Below are positions 47,880-55,561 of a DNA stretch of 55,561 bases, piece by piece (position 1 is the first letter of the stretch; every line of letters starts with the position of its first letter). This DNA comes from a virus (lineage: Duplodnaviria; Caudoviricetes), in IMG/VR virus record IMGVR_UViG_3300031963_000186, positions 1-55,561 of that record, one strand, 5' to 3'. The position numbers were made by a program, and so were the translations under genes. The notes beneath the pieces are model-generated. The model saw only the letters and a list, made by a program, of their open reading frames with translations. It did not search any database and was not told where the DNA came from.

Positions 47880-49525
47880 GTGGAACCACTTTCATCATTA
47901 ACTGCCCCCAAAACATTACCATCTGCAGGTGCTACGTGGGCAATGATCTGGCCCATCTGATAGTCACCATTCAGCGTGTTTGAGGTAAACTTAAACCGCA
48001 GTTCACGACGTTCTTCTTTGAACCAGACAACTTGCTCATACGGGGTTGACGGATTGGCATAGACGATCCGCTCAGGTCCGGGGACCTCTTTGGCCTTGGC
48101 ATTTGCCCGTCCGGTCAACTGAACTGTCATATTTTCTGACTGCACAAAGTCGGGTTCAATCATCTCGACCCGGATCCACTTGTTTTGTGGATTACCACCA
48201 ACAAGCATGCTCATGTCAGCCGTCTCAAACCAGGACGGGATTGCCGTGATAAATTGGCCATCAACTTCATCTCGGCCCCTATCGTGCTGCCAGACCAGAT
48301 AACCTTCTTCTGCCTCAATAATCCTTTGATCCCCTTCTTGAGTGATCCGCAAGTCGTCGTTTTCGGTGATCCGGTTATTAGGTCTAAAGCTAGACTGGCT
48401 AACTCCCGTTAGCAAAGGCGCCGCGTACACCGGTGAAAATTCGCCTGCAGAACGGCCTCCATTAGGAAGTTCTGTGTCATACCAGGTATTTTCCTTGATG
48501 TTAAAGATGACGGCATGTGTGCATTCAGTAGCATCCCCTCTTGGATAACACCACCAGATCTCACCAAAGCGAGGTACCTTGAATGAGAAGACTTTTTGAG
48601 TAGCTTGCCTATTTAGACCATCAAAGAAGTAGTTGATGTTTAAGTTGTTGGGGACCTCTCGGACCACGCCGTTAAACATCAAAAATCGATCTGTGCCGCA
48701 CCAAAAATACTGGCCGTCATACTCAATGACCGAGTTAGGACTCAAGATACTGGAATTGCTGCTAATTGTGTCAAACTGGAAGACAGAAGTACCACCCACA
48801 AAAGAACAACGAATGACGGCATCAGCAGACCAGTAAAGGCCGGCCGGCGCATTACCAGGACCCCCACGTAAGGGGAGACCACGAACGATCTTTTGGGCAG
48901 CAATACGAGCATTTCCTGAACCGATGCCTGTCAAGTTTGTCGGTTCCCCAGCAACTGACCATCCAAGGAAGCCGTCAGATCCAAAGTAGGTCAAGTAAGG
49001 ATGCAAGACGCAAACGCCGCCGTTAACATTAGCCCCTGCCGGAAAGATAGTCACTTCTTGAAGAGCTGCGGTACCTGTGAGTCCCCCAACGAACAACTGA
49101 CCGCCGACATTGTTGCAGATGCAGTTACCGTTAGGAGCTACCTGGGCAACTAACATATTGACAGGCGGAAGACCTGTGCTGTCATACATCACGTCAAACT
49201 GCCACTTATTGGCATCATTGACAGCCAGGGTAAGCGGTGTACGGTTAATGATTAGGCTAGTAGCCCCTTGGGAATCGATGACAAACCGCTCAATAAATCC
49301 TGCAGAGCCCGAATGGAAGTACGTACCCCCATTCTCCGTGTAGGTCTTGATGCCTCGGCTGATCTCAGACAAGTAGCGGTTGATGGCAGTATAGCCGCCG
49401 ATCTTACGAGGCAAGCCCCGTTGAAATCGGACCCACTGTCCGTCAACATAAAAATCTCCCTCATACTTGGTACCGTCTCGCTTGATACCCGGTAATGACT
49501 TAAGAATGACCGGGGTAGCTTCCAT
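47876..49525 (-). CDS. Putative tail nozzle/tubular protein (beta-propeller type)
   Basis: 549 aa beta-rich; WVRFQRGLPRKIGG, FGEIWWCYP; position before ejection genes. Confidence 0.65.
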   Translation of the reverse strand: MEATPVILKSLPGIKRDGTKYEGDFYVDGQWVRFQRGLPRKIGGYTAINRYLSEISRGIKTYTENGGTYFHSGSAGFIERFVIDSQGATSLIINRTPLTLAVNDANKWQFDVMYDSTGLPPVNMLVAQVAPNGNCICNNVGGQLFVGGLTGTAALQEVTIFPAGANVNGGVCVLHPYLTYFGSDGFLGWSVAGEPTNLTGIGSGNARIAAQKIVRGLPLRGGPGNAPAGLYWSADAVIRCSFVGGTSVFQFDTISSNSSILSPNSVIEYDGQYFWCGTDRFLMFNGVVREVPNNLNINYFFDGLNRQATQKVFSFKVPRFGEIWWCYPRGDATECTHAVIFNIKENTWYDTELPNGGRSAGEFSPVYAAPLLTGVSQSSFRPNNRITENDDLRITQEGDQRIIEAEEGYLVWQHDRGRDEVDGQFITAIPSWFETADMSMLVGGNPQNKWIRVEMIEPDFVQSENMTVQLTGRANAKAKEVPGPERIVYANPSTPYEQVVWFKEERRELRFKFTSNTLNGDYQMGQIIAHVAPADGNVLGAVNDESGST

Positions 49526-50715
49526 CAGTATGTTCCACCATTGATAGGATCAAGGCCAATGGCCACTTGGGCAGCAGCTTGAGAAGCTGCAGTAAAGATA
49601 CCAATACCTGTTGCTGTGCCTCCTAAATTGATTAAGGCGTTGCCGGCAGTCGTGGCCCCTGTTCCACCTTGACTAATGGCAATTGGAACGGAGATCCCTC
49701 CTGTATCTGCAATGACAACATTCGTGCCATCACAATACATGATGGTTCTAGATCCCTGGTTAACTGTAGAACCAGTGGCTGCTGCCGTCTTGATGGTCAG
49801 GGTATAAGGGCCGGTAGTATTGTTGGCCACCCAGTATTGCTGAACCGTTGGAGGCACAATGACGCTGCGATTACCTGTCAAGGCACCTGTAAAGTTGTAT
49901 GAGATCCGGTTAAGTTCAGAGCCTGTCAATGTATAGGCACCCGAACCCGCGATATTGATCGACGTATAGTCAAATGCAAAGACAGGTGCTTGCCCGTAAC
50001 CGATCGTGTAGAACGCAACACCGTCGGTAAAGATGGTTGCAGAATCCCCCGGCTGGAACGTCAAGCCAGATGATCCATTGATCTGTTGTGATCCTGCAGG
50101 ATCCACAATTAGGGCACCAGTTCCCTCATTTCTTAAATTGATAAACCAGTTGTCTCCAACGGTTCCTGCATTAGTCAGGTTTAAGACACCGGCTCCCCCA
50201 ACCCAAATAAAGGTCTTTGCTCTGTCAGCAACCCCTGCGGTATACGTGGAACTAAATGAGGTGACTGGCATGGCAAGAGACAGCAATGAGCCTATTGCCA
50301 CAAGACCGGTTCCTGCTAAGGTCGCCGCATTTGCCGTAGACACTTGGGCGCCATATAAAAACGCCTCCCAAGTACCACCAGTTGTGGTGTTATCGGTCAG
50401 GTAGATTTGCCAAACCGATCCGCTAACCGGGGCGATGACTTGGTTTCCCTGATAGTCCTGGACTATAAAGGTTTCTGAACCCACGTTATTGATCAAGACC
50501 GTTTGGCCATTTGATGCCTCAGTGGCATCTGGAAGCGTCATGATCAGATTAGGAGTCGTCGCCGTAACGTCCATGATGATGGCCATCAAGTTAGACGATG
50601 GGGCCGTCTCTAGTGGCCAATCAAATGACGTATTTGCATTTAACGTTACGGCCGAATAACTTACAGTCGACGGACTGATATTAGATCCGCCAAAGATGTT
50701 GGTGTAGACAGTCAT
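49525..50715 (-). CDS. Tail structural protein
   Basis: Thr/Gly-rich beta repeats, FTGALTGNRSVIVP. Confidence 0.6.
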   Translation of the reverse strand: MTVYTNIFGGSNISPSTVSYSAVTLNANTSFDWPLETAPSSNLMAIIMDVTATTPNLIMTLPDATEASNGQTVLINNVGSETFIVQDYQGNQVIAPVSGSVWQIYLTDNTTTGGTWEAFLYGAQVSTANAATLAGTGLVAIGSLLSLAMPVTSFSSTYTAGVADRAKTFIWVGGAGVLNLTNAGTVGDNWFINLRNEGTGALIVDPAGSQQINGSSGLTFQPGDSATIFTDGVAFYTIGYGQAPVFAFDYTSINIAGSGAYTLTGSELNRISYNFTGALTGNRSVIVPPTVQQYWVANNTTGPYTLTIKTAAATGSTVNQGSRTIMYCDGTNVVIADTGGISVPIAISQGGTGATTAGNALINLGGTATGIGIFTAASQAAAQVAIGLDPINGGTY

Positions 50716-50716
50716 A

Positions 50717-51370
50717 TCAGGCCTCGTTTCTTATGGCGCCACGGTCTAAGATCTTCTTCAGGTCTTCACCATTCAAAGCTTGTGCTGCCATGGCATACAT
50801 GTTTTGCCAGATCGGAATCCGCTCATCATTCTTCAAGAATGGGGTCGCCTCAAGAAGAGTTGCATACAACAGCAAGTTCGGGGCGTATTCGGTGAGCCAG
50901 TTCATCTGGTTGTTGTCATCAAGTAGTGCAGGCAGCTCATAATACAAGATCTCGATGGGATAGTTCTCATCAGGAGTCGGCACGAGCAGCCAGTTTGTAT
51001 AGTTGTAGTCAGCATAAAATTCCGGGGTCCCAACCTCTGTTTGGTCAGGCCAATACATCCGGCAGTACTCATAAGCCCGTGGATACACTTGGCTTCTGGT
51101 ATTATTTTGGTTACCAGTCCCCACGTTCATGCTGATGGTCTCACGCCAGCGATCTGGTTTTGCTAAGACAGCTACACCACTTTGCAAAGTAGTGACGACG
51201 ACCGTCTGAAAACCCTGGATCTTCAGATCGCGACTGATCCTGCGCTCTGCTAACGTGATTAAATTTGGAATCTGCGCATAGACCAGAGGATCTGTCGAGG
51301 CAGAACCTCCACGTTCTAGATAGCTTCGAACATCGTTCTTCAGCGTTGTGAAGGTCATTGCTGCTGGCAT
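50717..51370 (-). CDS. Putative tail adaptor protein
   Basis: LKNDVRSYL..IPNLITLAERRI, LVPTPD..Y..EILYY, NWL..APNLLLYATLLEA. Confidence 0.65.
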   Translation of the reverse strand: MPAAMTFTTLKNDVRSYLERGGSASTDPLVYAQIPNLITLAERRISRDLKIQGFQTVVVTTLQSGVAVLAKPDRWRETISMNVGTGNQNNTRSQVYPRAYEYCRMYWPDQTEVGTPEFYADYNYTNWLLVPTPDENYPIEILYYELPALLDDNNQMNWLTEYAPNLLLYATLLEATPFLKNDERIPIWQNMYAMAAQALNGEDLKKILDRGAIRNEA

Positions 51371-51395
51371 TACGCATTCCTCTCAAAATAAAGCG

Positions 51396-51710
51396 TCACC
51401 GACCACTAGGGGTTGTTATGCCAAGCTTAGCGGTGATGCCGATGATTGTCAGGCCGCAGATAATGATCAGCAATCCCCAAACGCCTTTTTTAGCTATGTC
51501 AAGGCGGAGTTCTCTCCAGAATTCTGTTTGTGCTTTGGCGGCTTGAATCATCTCGTCATGACATCTTTTATGCCCCTCAAAGTCAACGCTGCCGTCATCA
51601 TTGCGAGGGAATGCACCATTGAGCTTGCGGAGCTCCGCAAGGATCTCATCAAAACGTCTATCAATATGCGCATTGTCGCTTTTTGCGAGATGCACTCCCT
51701 CTTCAGTCAT
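51396..51710 (-). CDS. Membrane protein, possibly lysis-related
   Basis: Single C-terminal TM helix (VWGLLIIICGLTIIGI); near endolysin. Confidence 0.5.
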   Translation of the reverse strand: MTEEGVHLAKSDNAHIDRRFDEILAELRKLNGAFPRNDDGSVDFEGHKRCHDEMIQAAKAQTEFWRELRLDIAKKGVWGLLIIICGLTIIGITAKLGITTPSGR

Positions 51711-51712
51711 TC

Positions 51713-51868
51713 TTACTCTTCCTTATTTTCCGGTTTTGGTAGCTGTTCTTCTGCTTGGGCTTTAATCTTCATCACTAAGGGATACACTCCCGCTTTAGTG
51801 GGAAGGTCTCCAATGATTTGCAATACAACGTTGATTTCTTCAACTGTCAGTTTAAGTGTCAGTTCCAT
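51713..51868 (-). CDS. 51-aa helical protein
   Basis: Below cutoff; MELTLKLTVEEINVVLQIIGDLPTKAGVYPLVMKIKAQAEEQLPKPENKEE; GGAG RBS. Confidence 0.65.
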   Translation of the reverse strand: MELTLKLTVEEINVVLQIIGDLPTKAGVYPLVMKIKAQAEEQLPKPENKEE

Positions 51869-51884
51869 GTTTTCTCCAAAATTT

Positions 51885-51917
51885 GTCTCTCATCAAGGGC
51901 TGAGAGACTTTGCCCTT
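51885..51917 (-). other. Pseudoknot-like/interlocked RNA stems in an intergenic spacer
   Basis: Minus strand AAGGGC-AAA-GTCTCTCA-GCCCTT-GA-TGAGAGAC. Confidence 0.45.
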
Positions 51918-51919
51918 AA

Positions 51920-52339
51920 TTAAACAATCTTAGATCCTTGCTGCAATTGTGCCAGGGTTAGACCCCCGGTGTACTGAAAGTGCGGAAATTCACGAAACCT
52001 TTTCCAATCTCCTGCCCACTCTAGTCCGGCTGCTTTGCCGAGCCTGCCAACAGCTTGCCATACGGGGTCTTTGGAGTCCCAGACCGGCTTCCCGTTACGC
52101 ACAGGAACCACATCCACAGCACACCTATAATTATGAAAAGACTGACCGGCTTTGGCATTAGTGACAATCCTCCCAGGCGCAGTCCTGCCTTGGGCATACA
52201 AAGCGTCCTGACTCGCATTGTCTCGATAAGTGCTAGTCACTAACAAGTCAATGCCTTCGTCATCTGCTGCTTTGATAAACGCCTCAACACGACTTTTGAC
52301 TTGTGGTAGTAAGTCTTCTAGCTTACGGCTATTGATCAT
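51920..52339 (-). CDS. Endolysin, M15 (L-Ala-D-Glu peptidase-like) family
   Basis: YR..SQDALYAQGRT, SFHNY..AVD, LEWAGDW, EFPHFQ. Confidence 0.9.
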   Translation of the reverse strand: MINSRKLEDLLPQVKSRVEAFIKAADDEGIDLLVTSTYRDNASQDALYAQGRTAPGRIVTNAKAGQSFHNYRCAVDVVPVRNGKPVWDSKDPVWQAVGRLGKAAGLEWAGDWKRFREFPHFQYTGGLTLAQLQQGSKIV

Positions 52340-52500
52340 CCCTTAGTTGCCATCCCAACAATGCCTGCTAGGCCAAGGCCGACGGTCACTATATTATTTG
52401 CTAATTCTGGAGCCACCGGTACCCCGACAGCCGTCAAGAACAGCAAAATCCCACGCCATGTCGAGGGTTCTTTTGCACGATCAAGAATATATTGTTTCAT
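52336..52500 (-). CDS. Putative holin (54 aa, two hydrophobic segments)
   Basis: Below cutoff; MKQYILDRAKEPSTWRGILLFLTAVG..IVTVGLGLAGIVGMATKG; ATGA overlap with the endolysin; alternative ATG at 52503. Confidence 0.65.
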   Translation of the reverse strand: MKQYILDRAKEPSTWRGILLFLTAVGVPVAPELANNIVTVGLGLAGIVGMATKG

Positions 52501-52538
52501 CATTCTCTCCTTTTGAAGTGTTTAAGATAAGGAAGGAC

Positions 52539-52676
52539 TTAAACAGGCTTGGGTACTTGCTCGTTAAACTGTGCTACCAGCTTCTGCCACAGAGGATGCG
52601 CTCCTGACTGCGTTGGCAGGTTGCCGATTACCTGTACGATAAACTGCGCTTCGTTTTGGTCTAGTTAGAATTTCAT
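52539..52676 (-). pseudogene. Paralogue of 51713..51868 with an in-frame TAA at codon 4
   Basis: MKF*LDQNEAQFIVQVIGNLPTQSGAHPLWQKLVAQFNEQVPKPV; ATG overlaps upstream TGA. Confidence 0.6.
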
Positions 52677-53980
52677 GCGTTGCCTTTCAATGCTGCGATT
52701 TCTGCTTTCATCTCGTCAATCATGGCTTGCTGTTCTTGGATGGCTTTCAGCAGCATTATCGGTAACACGGAGAACTTGATTGACTTGCTGTATTCGCCTG
52801 TGCCAACTTTCTCTGTGTATTCCTCTGTTCTTGCTGGCTCAACTTCATTACCCTCTTCATCAAGCACCGCAGGTACTTCACGGGTATTTACCTCATCCCT
52901 CGTTTGCTCGTCAGTAATCACAAGACCGGGGAATACTTGCTCGACTTCTTGAGCAATTAAACCAAGCTCTTTAGGCGTTCCATCGTCGTGGTTGTACCAG
53001 TTGTATTTGACTACGCGCAGCTTTGCCAAATCTTCAGCATAGCCATCACGGGCTGTTTCAATGTTTTTTTTCCACTTGGCATCTGAACGTGCTGTGACTG
53101 TGCCATTCGACCAAATTTTGTAGATGTTTACGCCTGTATTTTGCTCGGCTGCAAAAACATACGATGTAGTGTTATTTGGGTCAGCAGCGGTATATTTAAC
53201 AAATATCCCGTAAGGAGTTGCATTACTATTGAAGAAACGAACAATGTCATTGGAAGCACTATTGTTAATAGTATGAGCCGTACCTGCGTAGCTGTACGTT
53301 CCATTGTCTGCAAAACGAGAATACCCATCGCTGGTGATACGAGCGCGTTCGGTATCAGAATTAGAACCTGATGGGCAAGTTCTAAAACTTATGTAGCCAC
53401 CTTTTGCGCCTGTAGCTGCTTGTTCAATTCCTATCGAACCAAGAAGACCTTGGCTTGAGCCACCGTTAAGTCTTCCCCCTGCTGTTGTAACATCTAATAG
53501 TTGGTATGAGTTTACAAAACCATTACCATCAATAGCGCAGTAACCACCACTAGAATAGGTTACAAACTTTCCATAAGTGCTAGGCGAAGTCGTACCAATC
53601 CCCACGTTGCCATTATCTTGGAGATACAAACCGGTAGCTCCGTTGGCATAAATGCCGAGAACATCAGTACTCCCTGTTGTGTTTGTAGAGTCAATAATCC
53701 AGTTTTCACCGCCAGTCGCAGTAAGATCGAAGAACGCTCCTGTGCGGGCAGAAGTTGCAATCTTCATTTTTGCACTAGCTGCTGGAGCGCTTGTTGTGTT
53801 TAGCAACAAACTCTGCGAGCTATTCACCCGCAACGCTTCCGTACCACCTGTACCAATAGCTACCGTATCCGCAGCAGGGAAGAATATGCCTGTGTTGCTG
53901 TCTGTGCCTTCATAGGACGGGTTGGACGCAGTACCATCTACGCCGCTGACTCCGTTTGTGCCGTCTAATACGAGTGGCAT
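52673..53980 (-). CDS. Tail fibre with C-terminal intramolecular chaperone (peptidase S74-like)
   Basis: GNVGIGT repeat, SDAKWKKNI, LGLIAQEVEQVFP, C-terminal coiled coil KAIQEQQ. Confidence 0.85.
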   Translation of the reverse strand: MPLVLDGTNGVSGVDGTASNPSYEGTDSNTGIFFPAADTVAIGTGGTEALRVNSSQSLLLNTTSAPAASAKMKIATSARTGAFFDLTATGGENWIIDSTNTTGSTDVLGIYANGATGLYLQDNGNVGIGTTSPSTYGKFVTYSSGGYCAIDGNGFVNSYQLLDVTTAGGRLNGGSSQGLLGSIGIEQAATGAKGGYISFRTCPSGSNSDTERARITSDGYSRFADNGTYSYAGTAHTINNSASNDIVRFFNSNATPYGIFVKYTAADPNNTTSYVFAAEQNTGVNIYKIWSNGTVTARSDAKWKKNIETARDGYAEDLAKLRVVKYNWYNHDDGTPKELGLIAQEVEQVFPGLVITDEQTRDEVNTREVPAVLDEEGNEVEPARTEEYTEKVGTGEYSKSIKFSVLPIMLLKAIQEQQAMIDEMKAEIAALKGNA

Positions 53981-53982
53981 GG

Positions 53983-54204
53983 TTATGCTCCTTGTTCCGG
54001 TCTTTGTGGCAGTACATAGCCTACCAACTGATTATTCTCATCAAACGATGGTGTTGAATTCGCTGGCAAATCTCTTAACGCCTGACGATATGTAGCCCAT
54101 GCTTGCTTTTGCTCTGCCGTTAGCGGTGAATCTGCAAACTGTGTCCAATCACATTCACGCAAGTGAGCATTACGGATTCTTCTTAGTTCCCATTCTGGTG
54201 TCAT
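53983..54204 (-). CDS. Tail fibre assembly chaperone
   Basis: RNAHLRECDWTQ..W.TYRQALRDLP; start moved to ATG 54204. Confidence 0.8.
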   Translation of the reverse strand: MTPEWELRRIRNAHLRECDWTQFADSPLTAEQKQAWATYRQALRDLPANSTPSFDENNQLVGYVLPQRPEQGA

Positions 54205-54205
54205 G

Positions 54206-54925
54206 TTAGCCTCCGCAATACTGGATAGTTGCGTTGCAATACGCTGTATGTTGGCTGGCAGTTCCACCGCCAGCAGAAACCCTGTATCGTGGCTGAATCG
54301 TAAGCGTTTGACTGGCTGTAGCACTCACATAAAAAGATGTTGTTATAGACATATTCCCGTCATTCGTGCCGTCTCCCCAGTTATTCGGGTCGTCCCTACC
54401 AATTCTTCGCGTTGCAGTACCACCTAAGTTGGTATAAAAAGTATCGTAGATATAAGCATTGGCGTGAAACGCGATACCATTAATGCAGACCAAATATGTT
54501 CCAGCAACATCAAAAGTAACCGTCAATGTGCCGGATGAATTCGACATTGTGACGTAGTTGCTATCGTCAGTCGTTCCTGTAGATGGGGCAGTAGTTGTCG
54601 TTCCAATTATGTCGGAGGGATTCCATGCAGTCCATTGATAAGAGGCTAACGTAGAAGCACGGTATGTCCATGTGCCATTAGCGTCAATTCTCGCAGACTC
54701 AACACCACCCTCGGTAAATGCAATCGTATCTGCTGCCGGGAAGAAAATACCTGTGTTGGTATCACCTGATGTCGTAATACTCGGAGCCGCTGCTGTTCCT
54801 GCTTGTACCGTCGTAGGGCTAGTCACAAACGTCGCAGCACCACCTGATGTCAGCGTAATAACGTCTGTGCCGCCTACCTGAATAGCTGCGCTGCCGTCAA
54901 CATTGGCTTTGATCGAGGCTGTCAA
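54206..54925 (-). CDS. Short tail-fibre/receptor-binding-like protein
   Basis: TTG start overlapping upstream TGA with GGAG RBS; DTNTGIFFPAADT module shared with 52673..53980; beta-sandwich-like C-terminus. Confidence 0.65.
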   Translation of the reverse strand: MTASIKANVDGSAAIQVGGTDVITLTSGGAATFVTSPTTVQAGTAAAPSITTSGDTNTGIFFPAADTIAFTEGGVESARIDANGTWTYRASTLASYQWTAWNPSDIIGTTTTAPSTGTTDDSNYVTMSNSSGTLTVTFDVAGTYLVCINGIAFHANAYIYDTFYTNLGGTATRRIGRDDPNNWGDGTNDGNMSITTSFYVSATASQTLTIQPRYRVSAGGGTASQHTAYCNATIQYCGG

Positions 54926-55089
54926 TTGGATTCTCCTTCATCTGCTGGCAATGGTTCGTTGCCAGATTCCATCCAAGCCTTAAACTCTGGATAGTCTGCG
55001 GTACAAGTCAAACGGCATAGTCCGTCATCGTCAATACGAGCGTAGATTGTTTGTCCGTCTCTATCGGTTGTCAGTATTTTGAAGATCAT
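54922..55089 (-). CDS. 55-aa fibre-associated chaperone-like protein
   Basis: Below cutoff; ..DYPEFKAWMESGNEPLPAD; ATGA overlap. Confidence 0.6.
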   Translation of the reverse strand: MIFKILTTDRDGQTIYARIDDDGLCRLTCTADYPEFKAWMESGNEPLPADEGESN

Positions 55090-55561
55090 AGTTCAGCACT
55101 CCATCCGAGATAGGCAGAAGCATTGTTGCTATACATATTTGTCATATATCCAGCAACACCACCAGAAGCGGTAGTAAAGTTTGTTACCGCTAAATATTCT
55201 CGTGTGTCGCCACCATAAGTTGGTACGGCAGAACAAGCAATACCTCCACCAACACTAGAAACCATTGCATAATGGTTTGCAGTTCCAGATTGTTCTAGCG
55301 CTGTAGGTCTTGTTCGCATCGTGACTGGGAATGTCGTAATTACACCGCCAGCCGTTGAGCTGTACCATTGCCCACTAGACGACAAAAAGCCACTCGTAGT
55401 TCCAGTTGAAACCCGATAGTAGTATCTCTGGCATAACTGCAACTCCGTACCATACGGTCTGTAATCAAAGCTCGTCGCTGTGCTGCCTTTTTCTAGTTGT
55501 ACGCCGGTGATGTAGAAGGTTGCGCCGTTGGTTCCGACTACGCTGACTGCGCCTGTGGCTG
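55086..55561 (-). CDS. Tail fibre-like protein, C-terminal part (start lies beyond the right edge)
   Basis: Frame open to the edge: ..ATFYITGVQLEKGSTATSFDYRPYGTELQLCQRYYY..SAEL. Confidence 0.75.
   Translation of the reverse strand, partial: ATGAVSVVGTNGATFYITGVQLEKGSTATSFDYRPYGTELQLCQRYYYRVSTGTTSGFLSSSGQWYSSTAGGVITTFPVTMRTRPTALEQSGTANHYAMVSSVGGGIACSAVPTYGGDTREYLAVTNFTTASGGVAGYMTNMYSNNASAYLGWSAEL

Noticed and set aside
52665-52667. Stop-codon reassignment as the explanation for the internal TAA
   Set aside because: TAA terminates many genes here and no other gene shows read-through; no suppressor tRNA seen

Overview
The window is a large part of a dsDNA tailed-phage genome with podovirus-like organisation (no tape-measure, tail-tube or sheath gene recognised). 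Almost every gene is on the minus strand and many are coupled by ATGA-type overlaps. Read in transcription order (right to left): tail-fibre/chaperone cassette, lysis genes (holin, M15 peptidase endolysin), tail adaptor/nozzle genes, an unexpected acyl-carrier-protein + ketosynthase pair, four large internal-virion/ejection-type genes, DUF932, a nucleotide-metabolism cluster (SAM methyltransferase, all-alpha NTP pyrophosphatase, dNMP kinase fused to a UDG-like domain, thymidylate-synthase homologue with the dCMP-type Asp, dCMP deaminase), replication genes (PolA, nuclease, SSB-like, primase, SF1 and SNF2 helicases), a run of tiny genes, then terminase, portal, GroES, scaffold, major capsid and head/neck/fibre genes. 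Both window ends fall inside fibre-type genes. No rRNA, tRNA, CRISPR array, integrase or transposase was seen. Best candidate for an undescribed system: the ACP/ketosynthase/putative acyltransferase cassette embedded in the virion operon just before the ejection proteins. Also notable: a short xxxGG motif shared by six putative internal proteins, the probable modified-cytosine pathway, and two homologous ~160-bp inverted-repeat elements bracketing the non-structural region. All calls are from motif reading and gene context only; no searches were run.
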